64,000 bases of DNA from Patescibacteria group bacterium (lineage in GTDB: Bacteria; Patescibacteriota; Minisyncoccia; Phycocordibacterales; PALSA-1337): NCBI GenBank assembly GCA_038065415.1, contig JBBTRA010000004.1:26092-90091 (forward strand), in the 5' to 3' direction. The notes below the pieces were generated by a model. That model did not search any database, was not told the DNA's origin, and was given only the letters and a program-made list of their open reading frames with translations. A program made the translations under genes and the position numbers. Positions 28,056 through 37,222 of the stretch are shown here, in pieces; the first letter of the stretch is position 1, and each line of letters starts with the position of its first letter.

Positions 28056-29156
28056 TCAGCCCATGAAGCCGTCCCAGTTTTCCACTGGATCGGTCGATTT
28101 TACGAGGTGCATACCTTCGCTTGCGAACCTGGCAAACGCTTTATCGGCGTCGGCCGTGAAGTCCACAAAGAAGCCGCCTGCCGGATTCGGGACCGCCACC
28201 GGTGAGGTGCAGTCTTCCAGCAGATAGACCTTCTTGGCCAGCTCAGGATCCTGAGCTTTGATCTCCGACAGGAGGTCGGCGATGGTCCACGCCACACAGT
28301 GGCTCTTGGCCTGCCCCGCGATGATGACGCGGTGCGACCGGAGCAGCGTGCGGATGAATTTGGTATTCTTCTGAGCGATGGCGTTACCGCCATGCCCGAT
28401 CAAGACTTCAGGGCGCAGGATCGAGTAGTTCTCGGTCAGCACCTTGTTGCCCTTGATCTCCGGCCACATCATACTGGCGCGAGCCATGCTATGGAAGTAG
28501 CCTGCTTCTTCGACGGCAGATACCAACGCGTGGCCGATGCCGCCCAACATGGCGTGATAAGGCCAGATGGTCAAACCGAACTTGCCTTCCTTTTCCAAGG
28601 TCGCGCAATAGTGAATCGCATGCTGTTGCAGGCCATTATAGGTCTTGGCCACCGCAGCTTTGCTTTTGTCTTCCGAGAGTGACCAGGCAATTTCCGGATT
28701 TACCTTCCACTGACCGCTCCGAAGAGTGGCCGAGGTGACAGGAACCGGATCAACGATCGGCACCGGATGATCCCCTTGAGCGTTCACGAAGAACGTCCGG
28801 TGGAAAATCTGCATGGTCGCATGCGTATCCATCGTCGGCGCAATCTGGGTGATGATCCCGAGATTACGATAGATGAATTCACACAACCGGCGATTGTCAT
28901 CAACGGCACCTGTGCCGCTCTGCCCGCCGACATACAATTCGAAGCCGGGGATGCAGAACGTGTTCTGAGCGTCAACAATAAGCAGAGTCACATGGCGATC
29001 GTCTTGCGATGCCACGGGGATCCGGTGCTGTTGGCGCCATTTGAGCGCTACCGGCTCGAGGCCGTTGTAATCAACCCGACGAACCGTACCAACGGTCTTA
29101 GGATCGAAGTGAGGTGGAATCGGCAATTGCCGAGTAGGAGTAGCCGTAGCTGTCAT
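28056..29156 (-). CDS. isochorismatase-family hydrolase, nicotinamidase (PncA)-like
   Basis: The catalytic triad context reads 'LLIVDAQNTFC' (Asp), 'KVLTENYSIL' (Lys) and 'IIAGQAKSHCVAWT' (Cys). The ATG at 29156 has a purine-rich RBS. An alternative ATG at 29288 would add a 44 aa Lys/Arg-rich tail. Confidence 0.5.
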   Translation of the reverse strand: MTATATPTRQLPIPPHFDPKTVGTVRRVDYNGLEPVALKWRQQHRIPVASQDDRHVTLLIVDAQNTFCIPGFELYVGGQSGTGAVDDNRRLCEFIYRNLGIITQIAPTMDTHATMQIFHRTFFVNAQGDHPVPIVDPVPVTSATLRSGQWKVNPEIAWSLSEDKSKAAVAKTYNGLQQHAIHYCATLEKEGKFGLTIWPYHAMLGGIGHALVSAVEEAGYFHSMARASMMWPEIKGNKVLTENYSILRPEVLIGHGGNAIAQKNTKFIRTLLRSHRVIIAGQAKSHCVAWTIADLLSEIKAQDPELAKKVYLLEDCTSPVAVPNPAGGFFVDFTADADKAFARFASEGMHLVKSTDPVENWDGFMG

Positions 29157-29295
29157 AACTTTCTTTTGTACCTTTCTTTGCTGTTTGTTTTTGTGTTTAT
29201 TGCGTTTGGAACTAATTGCCTTTTTGCTTTTTCTGAAGGGTCGCGCCGGCAACCTGCGCGCGACCTTTTTTTTCTGCTTGGTTTTCATACGCCAA

Positions 29296-31185
29296 TCAAG
29301 TGATCCGGAGAAGTGTCATCTCCTTTCGTGAGACCACATAGAGCCCGTCGGCCCCGACAATGAGGGAATCGTCGCTTGAGACGAAAGGTTCCGTATCCGG
29401 ATACCGTTTCGCTTCGGCGATAGTTGCCCCGTCATGCTTGACCTGGATTATTCCTTGGTCAGTAGCACAGAGAAGAACATTCCCTGTTGCACACTTACCA
29501 CGGATGGTCCCAAGCCAGCTGCCATCACCGTCTTCCGCCTGAGCATGTCCTTCGACAGCTCCGGTTGGGCGGACGACAACACAGTGATTTACTCGGCGAC
29601 CATTTTCCTGAGCGCTCCACAAGAACCACGCTCGGTCGCTTGAGAAGTAACAGGACGTATCGATGAGTTGACCCGGCATAGGCGGCAGCTTGACGCTGTC
29701 GTTCATACCGCTCCGTTTGGCGTCGAATACGAAGCCTGTTCGTATTCTGCCCGCCCAGTAAAAGCCAAACCCGAAGGCTGGCCCCACCCAGAACAAGGTC
29801 TGCCCCTGCAAGATGTCACCCATGTGCTCATGTCCCATATCGGCATCGCGCAGGATCTGTCCGTTGCGGCCGAAGTAGTAATGAGACTGATTGCTGTCTA
29901 CCAATGAATGCGTGCCGTTCATATCGATGGTGAGGCGCTCTTTTTGTTTCGCCCCATCAAAAATGATGGCTGTCGCTTCCTTGGCTATGATAGTCCGATC
30001 ACCGGAGATCCGGCATCGAACTCGTGCGTCGAGCGCTCCCGTTAAGACGACCGTGCCATCTTCGCGACGATATTGATTGTTGTCATGTTCCAGATAGCGG
30101 AGTGATCCACCCTGAAACACGGCCGCAAGTATTACGCCCCGATTCATGTACACTTTTGTCGCTTTCACAGTTCCTCGTATCTCCACACTTTGTTTGACTA
30201 CGCCGATAGCTCCCGGCTGACATACCGGACAAGCGAACCGCGCGTGCTCCAGAGAGCACTTCGGACACACTTGCCAGTTAAGGCCATCGAGGAGACGCCG
30301 TGGGAATTCCCCGCGTTCATCTTTCTTGAAGACCCTGTGGAATTGCTGCAGGAGATCATCCGGGAGGATGCTCCAGTGCACTGCCGGCTTCGGATAGCGC
30401 ACTTCGGGATCGAAGACGGTTATCCGATGCAACGAACGAGCATCATGATTAACTCGATCCTTGGCGGCTTTGGGAATGTAAACACCCCCATATGGGCCGA
30501 CAAAGAGTAGAGACTGCATGAGGAGCGCCGCGAATGCATACCAATCAGAATTCTCGTTGTGAGGCTTCACCAGTAACGGTGAATCCCCTTTCGGATCGCA
30601 CAACGTCGGGTCCACGAATTTCTGCGTGAACACCGTACAGAAGAAGCGGCCGAATTGCATGGAATCCGCATCAATGAGGTGTATGGCATCGCCTTTCACA
30701 AGACCGTTGAGGTCGTTGAAGTCGCCGATGACCACTCCCGCACGATGTATGCCACCGACGGTCGCATGCAGGTCTTTGAAACCCGCAACAACAGTTGGTG
30801 TGGGGAAACCCTTGAGACGGGAATCTTTTTGACTGTACCGTATCATCAGTTCCGCCCCGGGCACGAAGTTCATCGTGTACCCGCAGATCGAACCTACACC
30901 AGGCCCGGACGCTACGGTCGCGAGCTCGACAGGAGTTACGACACGCGCAGGCAAACCTTTGGGAAACGCAGGCAGCTTCTGTTGATGCTGCTTGAGCCTC
31001 ATTTCGGCACCTTTGCGTTCGCGTTTGAGTTCGGGCGAGTCGCCCGCATAGTCAGGATGATCTGGAGTCTTGAACAGCTTCAGTATAAGACCGCTGCCCA
31101 AATCCAGAATATCGGCTTCTCCCCCTTTGCCAATGGCTTTGAGGGAACCGACGCGAACTTTCCGTTTACCAATCATGATATCCAT
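29296..31185 (-). CDS. atypical protein kinase-like protein (RIO/Bud32/KdkA-type catalytic loop) + Zn-ribbon + C-terminal beta-rich domain
   Basis: Gly-loop 'IGKGGEADI', beta3 Lys 'LKLFK', hinge 'YTMNFVPGAEL', catalytic loop 'GDFNDLN' (D-x4-N) and metal site 'LIDADS'. These are followed by 'CPKCS...CPVCQ' and about 330 aa of unassigned domain. The start is coupled to the PP2C stop (TAACCATG). Confidence 0.6.
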   Translation of the reverse strand: MDIMIGKRKVRVGSLKAIGKGGEADILDLGSGLILKLFKTPDHPDYAGDSPELKRERKGAEMRLKQHQQKLPAFPKGLPARVVTPVELATVASGPGVGSICGYTMNFVPGAELMIRYSQKDSRLKGFPTPTVVAGFKDLHATVGGIHRAGVVIGDFNDLNGLVKGDAIHLIDADSMQFGRFFCTVFTQKFVDPTLCDPKGDSPLLVKPHNENSDWYAFAALLMQSLLFVGPYGGVYIPKAAKDRVNHDARSLHRITVFDPEVRYPKPAVHWSILPDDLLQQFHRVFKKDERGEFPRRLLDGLNWQVCPKCSLEHARFACPVCQPGAIGVVKQSVEIRGTVKATKVYMNRGVILAAVFQGGSLRYLEHDNNQYRREDGTVVLTGALDARVRCRISGDRTIIAKEATAIIFDGAKQKERLTIDMNGTHSLVDSNQSHYYFGRNGQILRDADMGHEHMGDILQGQTLFWVGPAFGFGFYWAGRIRTGFVFDAKRSGMNDSVKLPPMPGQLIDTSCYFSSDRAWFLWSAQENGRRVNHCVVVRPTGAVEGHAQAEDGDGSWLGTIRGKCATGNVLLCATDQGIIQVKHDGATIAEAKRYPDTEPFVSSDDSLIVGADGLYVVSRKEMTLLRIT

Positions 31186-31187
31186 GG

Positions 31188-32036
31188 TTAGGCCTTTGGT
31201 TGAGGACGACGGCGGACAACGACCAGGGTCGTATCATCCGTGAGTCGTCCATGTTCTTCAGTTGTTTCCCGCGCCTTCCAATCTGTCTGGCAGGCACTGT
31301 TATTGATGAGGTTGAGGCGTCGACGGATACCTTCGGGATTCTTGAAGTATCGGTCATCTACCCAAAATTGGGACAGCGGACCCACAAGCTCCTTTCTCCC
31401 AGGCAACGTCTTACTCGCGGCGCGATCAAGATCACCTACGCCATCAGTGCCGATGAGGGCACTGGTAAGCTCAGCAGTTGGTATCGTTTTGTGAACGGTA
31501 AACCGTACGAGTTCCGGACTGATGGTGCTTTTGAGTAGGCCACCATACGCAAGGTACGGCGGCTTATTTTCCGGGAAGGGTCCTATCTGGACAACTTCCC
31601 CGTTGATCGCATAGATCCCATCTCCAATACCAATCACGTAGGTCGTCACCGGAGTGACAACGAGCGCAAGAAGTGTGAAGAGGAAGTGATCCAGCACCGC
31701 CTTGGCGCGTGAACCTCGTTCCATCTCCATAGCTAGCGGTTGGAGAGACAACAGCAGAGACATCCTGAGACCTTCGAGAAGGTCATCAAGGACGGCAGGA
31801 GTGACTGTCTGACCAGTAGCGAAAATTTGTGCCAAACGATTTACCGTAAGATGTGCTGTCAGCCGAGCACCAAGCTCGCTGTATGCACCCTCACCGCAGC
31901 CGTCCGACACAACCGCAATGGTACAATCACCCTCTTCTCGCACCACGAGGGCGTCCTGGTTGTTTTTCCATACGAACTGTTGTCGATGGTCAGTCCCCAT
32001 GATGGAGCCTGCCGCCGATTCAAACTGGTTTCCCAT
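31188..32036 (-). CDS. PP2C-family Ser/Thr phosphatase
   Basis: 'NQDALVVRE....AVVSDGCGEG' and 'IGTDGVGD' are PPM metal-binding motifs. Confidence 0.75.
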   Translation of the reverse strand: MGNQFESAAGSIMGTDHRQQFVWKNNQDALVVREEGDCTIAVVSDGCGEGAYSELGARLTAHLTVNRLAQIFATGQTVTPAVLDDLLEGLRMSLLLSLQPLAMEMERGSRAKAVLDHFLFTLLALVVTPVTTYVIGIGDGIYAINGEVVQIGPFPENKPPYLAYGGLLKSTISPELVRFTVHKTIPTAELTSALIGTDGVGDLDRAASKTLPGRKELVGPLSQFWVDDRYFKNPEGIRRRLNLINNSACQTDWKARETTEEHGRLTDDTTLVVVRRRPQPKA

Positions 32037-32279
32037 GAGATGTCCTTTCTAGTTGTGTTGTTTTATTACTATGAGATTGTCAAAAATCCCTTTTCTAATC
32101 GAGCTTTTTGCCTGCTGGCATGGGCCCAAAACCAAATATGAAGCTATCACGAAATGCAAGAAATGTCAAATACTTTCTTGACACCGCCAACATACATGAT
32201 ATGCTCTACTTAGTGTTCTAAATACACTATATACCAACCCGGTTTCTGATGCAAGTCTTTGAATAGCCTCTCCCCTGAT

Positions 32280-32308
32280 TTGGTATATGCTTCCCTTTAC
32301 TCTACAAT
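32280..32308 (+). promoter_or_regulatory. candidate promoter TTGGTA-17-TACAAT ending ~10 nt before the NrtR ATG (possible leaderless transcript)
   Basis: Hexamers were read directly. No RBS precedes ATG 32318. Confidence 0.3.
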
Positions 32309-32317
32309 TAACCTTAT

Positions 32318-33001
32318 ATGCCTGAGAAAAATATCCAAAAAGAATATTTCAATCCCGGAGTGACGGTGGATATCGCTATATTCACCATAGAGGACGGCGC
32401 ACTCAAGATGCTCGTCGTCAACAGAGCCCATGAGCCATTCAAGGGCGCCCCTGCCCTACCCGGAGGATTCATCCACGAAGGCGAAACATCTCGAGATACC
32501 GCCCTCCGCGTACTTGCAGACAAAGCGGGGGTGAGCGGAGTGTATGTGGAGCAACTCTTTACCTTCGATGCACTTGATCGTGACCCGCGCGGACAAATCA
32601 TGTCCGTAGCATATTTTGCACTTGTCCCCCGTGATCAGATTCACATTCATACCGAAGCAGCAACAGAGAATCCTTCCCTCATTACTATCAGCGCTCTCCC
32701 AAAGCTCGCCTTTGACCATCAGTCGATCGCCTCATATGCACTCAAGCGTGTACAAGACAAGATCCAGTACACGAATATCGCGTATTCACTTCTGCCAAAA
32801 TCATTTTCACTCTCCCAACTTCAGTCGGTCTATGAGACTGTTCTCGGTAAGAAGCTGGACAAACGCAATTTCCGCAAAAAATTCTTGCAGCTCGATCTGA
32901 TCCGCGCTACCAAGAAGAAGTCTTCTGGTGGAAGACAGCGCCCTGCCCTACTCTATAAGTTCATGAAAACGATGCCATCGGAGCTTAGGAGGTTCTTCTA
33001 A
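32318..33001 (+). CDS. nrtR: NrtR-family Nudix-related transcriptional regulator of NAD metabolism
   Basis: The N-terminal Nudix fold has a degenerate Nudix box (GFIHEGETSRDTALRVLADKAGV: RE to RV, EE to DK). The C-terminal wHTH carries the NrtR-typical 'LDKRNFRKKF...GGRQRPALLYKF'. It is divergent from and adjacent to the NAD genes. Confidence 0.65.
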   Translation: MPEKNIQKEYFNPGVTVDIAIFTIEDGALKMLVVNRAHEPFKGAPALPGGFIHEGETSRDTALRVLADKAGVSGVYVEQLFTFDALDRDPRGQIMSVAYFALVPRDQIHIHTEAATENPSLITISALPKLAFDHQSIASYALKRVQDKIQYTNIAYSLLPKSFSLSQLQSVYETVLGKKLDKRNFRKKFLQLDLIRATKKKSSGGRQRPALLYKFMKTMPSELRRFF

Positions 33002-33071
33002 AAAATTATCTTTCAATGCAGTAAAAAGAGCGCCTGAGAAATTTCTCAGACGCTCTTTGGCTTGACCGAAA

Positions 33072-33500
33072 TCAAACCAAGTTGGTAGCAAGCCATTCTT
33101 CGGCCTCGGCCAACGTGGCAAAGATCAGCGCCCCCGGAAAGCGTGCCTTCAAGTCTTTGCACGCCTTGATGTTGGCCTTCTCGACATGCTTGGGCATGCC
33201 GGTCGTATCGAAAACGACAACCGTCCGCTCGGAATGATCATACAGACCCATCGTCGCCTCGAGCAACGAGTAGAAGCTGCAACGATTATCGGCTTGGCCC
33301 GGATCCCCCAAGTAAAACAAGTTGAAGGCAGCATCTTTCTTCGCCTGATCTTCGCGCTGTTGTGCTGCTTCATTCCAGTCAGGGACCACGGGGTTGAACA
33401 GGCTATCTGCAGAAACACCGCGAGCAGTCAACCGAGCGATCAATCCATCACGCCAATTGTTGTTTCCGCATGTTCCGCCAAGGAATACGATCTTAGTCAT
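33072..33500 (-). CDS. flavodoxin-like fold protein, possibly nucleoside 2-deoxyribosyltransferase-like
   Basis: 'KIVFLGGTCG..W' and 'FYLGDP' resemble the NDT/Rossmann-like nucleoside-processing families. The assignment is weak. Confidence 0.3.
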   Translation of the reverse strand: MTKIVFLGGTCGNNNWRDGLIARLTARGVSADSLFNPVVPDWNEAAQQREDQAKKDAAFNLFYLGDPGQADNRCSFYSLLEATMGLYDHSERTVVVFDTTGMPKHVEKANIKACKDLKARFPGALIFATLAEAEEWLATNLV

Positions 33501-33617
33501 AGGTATGTTATTTTTGTGTTCTAGCCAACACGCGAGTGTTCTACATGAGCACCCTCGTATTGTATCGGTTCAATTTGAATAATAGCATACATAATATTAT
33601 TTGTCAATATACTCTAT

Positions 33618-33646
33618 TTGACATATCACACATAATAGTGTATAAG
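33618..33646 (+). promoter_or_regulatory. sigma-70-type promoter TTGACA-17-TATAAG (nadE)
   Basis: Read directly. It is preceded by a direct repeat of the -35-like block (tatttgtcaatat / tatttgacatat). Confidence 0.45.
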
Positions 33647-33717
33647 TAGCATCAGCAAAAAGGCCCTGATTTACAGGGAAAACCGAACATTGAGAACCAC
33701 ACAAAGGAACACATATA

Positions 33718-35670
33718 ATGAGACCAACCACAAGAAGAAAGACCTTCGGATTTGTCCGTGTCGCAGCAGTATCCCCCGCTTGCAAAGTGGCAGGAGTCGA
33801 ATATAACCACGAAGAAATCAAGAGGATGGCATCGCTGGCCTGCCTACAAGGCGCTCAGCTCATCGTCATGCCCGAACTCTGCATCACTGGCTATAGCATC
33901 CGTGATCTGGTCAACCAAGACCTCCTGCTCCGCAAGGCACAGGAGAGTCTAGAAGAACTCCTCATTTGGTCGCATGAACTGAATGCCGTGCTCGTCGTCG
34001 GACTCCCCATGGAGATCGACGGCATGCTCGTCAATATTACTGCGGTTATAGACCGCGGTTATCTGCTCGGCCTCGTCCCAAAATCGTATCTGCCCGAGTC
34101 GGGTGAATTCGAAGAGGGGCGCTGGTATCGGCCAGGCCATGACCTGCTCTCGAGTGAAATCCAGATCATGGGCAAAACGATCCCTGTCGGCGTGAACATG
34201 TTGTTCAAATCAAAGACGCTCAAGGGAGCAACGTTCGCCATCGAGACCTGTGAAGATGCTTGGGTAACAATCCCTCCGGGAGCGTTCCACGCCCTCGCAG
34301 GAGCGACGATCATCGTCAACCCATCGGCCTCTAACGAGCTCGTCGGAAAGGCGGAGTATCGTCGCGATCTGGTACGCATGCATTCTGCTACACGCATCTG
34401 CGGCTACATTTATGCCTCGTGCGGACCCGGCGAATCGACCACTGATGTGGTGTTCGGCGGACACTGTCTGATCGCAGAAAACAACATCGTGCTACAGGAA
34501 TCTGAGCTATTCCAGAAAGATGGAACGTTCATCCTGGCAGACTTCGACACTCAGAAGCTCATGCATGATCGCATGGTCTCCAAGAGCTTCGGCGAAAACA
34601 CCAGGGTGGTCAAAGGTATTCCATACCGGAAAATCGCAGTCACCCTGGAATCCTGTTTGCCTGAAAACTTGCTGCTGCGTCCGATCAACATCCATCCGTT
34701 CACTTCGGAGAAACCGGAGAAGCAGAAGGAGATCTGTGAGATCGTGTTCAGCATCCAGGTGCATGGTCTCATCAAACGACTGGAGCATAGCGGCCTCAAG
34801 AAAGTTGTCCTCGGGCTCTCGGGAGGCAAAGACTCACTGCTGGCCTATCTGGTCTGCATCAAAGCATTCAAGGCATTGAATTGGCCTCTCAGCGATATCC
34901 ATGCCATCAGCATGCCTGGTCCCGGAACCTCGAAAGAGACTCGTGACCTGGCGAAGCAACTGGGGTCGGCGACCTCCTTTGAGGAGATCGACATCACAGA
35001 AGCAACAATGCTGACCTTGAAAAACATCGGCCACGATGGAAAGACACAAGATGTCACCTACGAGAATGCTCAGGCTGGCAATCGAACGTTGACCTTATTT
35101 CGAAAAGGAAATCAGATCGGTGCGCTCGTCATCGGCACCGGTGACCTCTCGGAGATCGCCAATGGGTTCTGCACTTTCGGTGCAGATCATCTCTCGACCT
35201 ATAACGTGAATTGCGGAGTCCCCAAAGGCCTCGTGAAATACGTTCTCGGGTATGCGGCGCACACATTCGAAGGACCCACATCCATGCGCACAGCTATCGC
35301 CGGCGTCCTCAACCTCGTGGATTCGCCTGAGCTGACCCACAGTACGCCAGGCACCATCAGTCAGGTGACTGAAGACAAGGTTGGCCCGTACGAGCTTGCA
35401 GAGTTCTTTCTCTACGAGTTCGTGCGCTGGGGCAGCGAGCCTCAGAAGATTCTGTACCTGGCAGAGATGGGCTTCGGACAATACTACAAACCTGAGTTCA
35501 TCAAGAAGTGGCTCATCTCCTTCTACAAACGGTTCTTCGGCAATCAGTGGAAACGCTCGGTTGCGACAGATGGACCACAGGTCGGCTCGATATCTCTCTC
35601 CCCTCGTGGCAAGTGGCGCATGCCATCTGACGCAGAGGTGAGCATGTGGTTGGCAGAGTTGGAAGATTGA
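33718..35670 (+). CDS. nadE: glutamine-dependent NAD+ synthetase (N-terminal nitrilase/CN-hydrolase domain + NAD synthase domain)
   Basis: A CN-hydrolase N-terminal half is followed by a PP-loop 'LGLSGGKDS' in the C-terminal half. The length is 650 aa. Confidence 0.85.
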   Translation: MRPTTRRKTFGFVRVAAVSPACKVAGVEYNHEEIKRMASLACLQGAQLIVMPELCITGYSIRDLVNQDLLLRKAQESLEELLIWSHELNAVLVVGLPMEIDGMLVNITAVIDRGYLLGLVPKSYLPESGEFEEGRWYRPGHDLLSSEIQIMGKTIPVGVNMLFKSKTLKGATFAIETCEDAWVTIPPGAFHALAGATIIVNPSASNELVGKAEYRRDLVRMHSATRICGYIYASCGPGESTTDVVFGGHCLIAENNIVLQESELFQKDGTFILADFDTQKLMHDRMVSKSFGENTRVVKGIPYRKIAVTLESCLPENLLLRPINIHPFTSEKPEKQKEICEIVFSIQVHGLIKRLEHSGLKKVVLGLSGGKDSLLAYLVCIKAFKALNWPLSDIHAISMPGPGTSKETRDLAKQLGSATSFEEIDITEATMLTLKNIGHDGKTQDVTYENAQAGNRTLTLFRKGNQIGALVIGTGDLSEIANGFCTFGADHLSTYNVNCGVPKGLVKYVLGYAAHTFEGPTSMRTAIAGVLNLVDSPELTHSTPGTISQVTEDKVGPYELAEFFLYEFVRWGSEPQKILYLAEMGFGQYYKPEFIKKWLISFYKRFFGNQWKRSVATDGPQVGSISLSPRGKWRMPSDAEVSMWLAELED

Positions 35671-35722
35671 TCCTTATAGTCACGGCGCGGAATTCCCATT
35701 CCGCGCCTTTTTAATACATATA

Positions 35723-35750
35723 TTGACATATCTATATTATATGTTAATAT
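35723..35750 (+). promoter_or_regulatory. sigma-70-type promoter TTGACA-16-TAATAT (pncB)
   Basis: Read directly. An upstream terminator gcgcggaattcccattccgcgc+T5 ends the nadE unit. Confidence 0.5.
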
Positions 35751-35810
35751 ATTTTTTAGCAGTAACGATACATTTGAACACTGACAATCAACTACAACGC
35801 AAAGGAAACT

Positions 35811-37088
35811 ATGCAAACCCATGTACGGCTCCGGCCGCACTTCCCTGACGAACCAATCATCCATAGCCTGACGGATACGGACTTCTACAAGTTCCCCATG
35901 GGACAGTTCATATTCAACTACTTCAGGTATGCGAAGGTGACCTTCGGTCTCAAGAACCGTACCCTCACGATTCCGCTCGCGCGGATCATCCCCGAGGCGC
36001 AATTGCGCGAAGAGCTCGACCATGTGCGCACACTGCGGTTCAACAATACCGAGCTCCATTACCTCCGCGGGACCTGGGAATACCAGGAGCGGATGTTCCT
36101 CGAGCCCTATCTCGCCTACCTGAAGGAATATGCTCCGCCCGAATACGAACTGGAGTATCGCGGGGATGACATCATCCTCACCTTCTCTGGCGACTGGTGC
36201 GACTCGTCGCCCTGGGAGATCTACGGGCTTGAGATCATCAATGAACTCTACTTCCGCAACATGCTCAAAGGCTACACGGCATTCAACAAGGATGTCGTTC
36301 TCGCCGAAGGCAAGAAACGGCTCGCGGAGAAGATCAAGATCCTCAAGCAGAATCCTCAGATCACGTTCAGCGAATTCGGCACCCGGCGGCGCTTCAGTCG
36401 CGACTGGCAGGAATATGTGGTCGCAGCGCTCGCAGAAGAGCTCCCTCCGGAGCAATTCCGCGGCACTTCGAACACCTTCCTCGCGCAGAAATATGGACTG
36501 CTCCCGATGGGTACCAACGCCCACGAGTTGCAGATGGTGATCGCCGGGCTCATGCAGGCGACTGACCGACTGCTTCTCGATTCGCAGAACTACATGCTCG
36601 AGACCTGGTGGCGCCAATATGGCGAGCCTCTATCCATATTCCTTCCCGATACCTTCGGGACAGAATCGTTCCTCAAGATCATCTCGCCTGAGATGCTGCG
36701 GACCTGGAAAGGCTTCCGTCAGGATTCGGGCGATCCGATCGCCGAAGGCGAGCAGTGGATCAGGGCATACGAAGCCATCAAGGTCGAGCCGCGCAAGAAG
36801 ATGATGGTCCCGAGCGACGGCCTCGAGCTCGAGACTATGCTCAAGATCGAAAAGCACTTCCGCGGGCGCCTTATGACCAGCTTCGGCTGGGGCACAAACC
36901 TGACCAATGATCTGGGCCTCAAGCCTCTATCACTGGTCATCAAGGCCCAGAGCGTCAACGGAATCGGCCTGGTCAAGCTCTCGAACAACCCGGCCAAAGC
37001 AATGGGCAAGAAGGAGGACGTTGAACGCTACATGCGCGTCTTCGGATATCAGAATACCGAGCACGCCCAAACGGCCTGCAAGTACTGA
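35811..37088 (+). CDS. pncB: nicotinate phosphoribosyltransferase
   Basis: 'SLTDTDFYKFPMGQ' matches the PncB N-terminal signature. The length is 425 aa. Confidence 0.75.
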   Translation: MQTHVRLRPHFPDEPIIHSLTDTDFYKFPMGQFIFNYFRYAKVTFGLKNRTLTIPLARIIPEAQLREELDHVRTLRFNNTELHYLRGTWEYQERMFLEPYLAYLKEYAPPEYELEYRGDDIILTFSGDWCDSSPWEIYGLEIINELYFRNMLKGYTAFNKDVVLAEGKKRLAEKIKILKQNPQITFSEFGTRRRFSRDWQEYVVAALAEELPPEQFRGTSNTFLAQKYGLLPMGTNAHELQMVIAGLMQATDRLLLDSQNYMLETWWRQYGEPLSIFLPDTFGTESFLKIISPEMLRTWKGFRQDSGDPIAEGEQWIRAYEAIKVEPRKKMMVPSDGLELETMLKIEKHFRGRLMTSFGWGTNLTNDLGLKPLSLVIKAQSVNGIGLVKLSNNPAKAMGKKEDVERYMRVFGYQNTEHAQTACKY

Positions 37089-37158
37089 TTGATCGAACAC
37101 TACACGACGGACATTCACATGTCCGTCTTTTTAATGCCTAGAATGAGCAGCCCAGGTA

Positions 37159-37187
37159 TTGACATACTGAATATTATGTAGTAGTAT
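37159..37187 (+). promoter_or_regulatory. sigma-70-type promoter TTGACA-17-TAGTAT with shared 'TGTAGTAG' element
   Basis: Read directly. The same TTGACA-N12-TGTAGTAG spacing recurs at 38388. Confidence 0.45.
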
Positions 37188-37222
37188 CATTTTAGGTAAA
37201 ACCCTGCACACTGAAAGGAACC

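Noticed and set aside
28056-29288. Treating the 44-aa Lys/Arg-rich N-terminus (start 29288) as a real part of the nicotinamidase-like protein
   Set aside because: That start has a poor RBS, and the segment contains a strong hairpin plus T8 structure. The ATG at 29156 has a purine-rich RBS. Kept as an alternative only.
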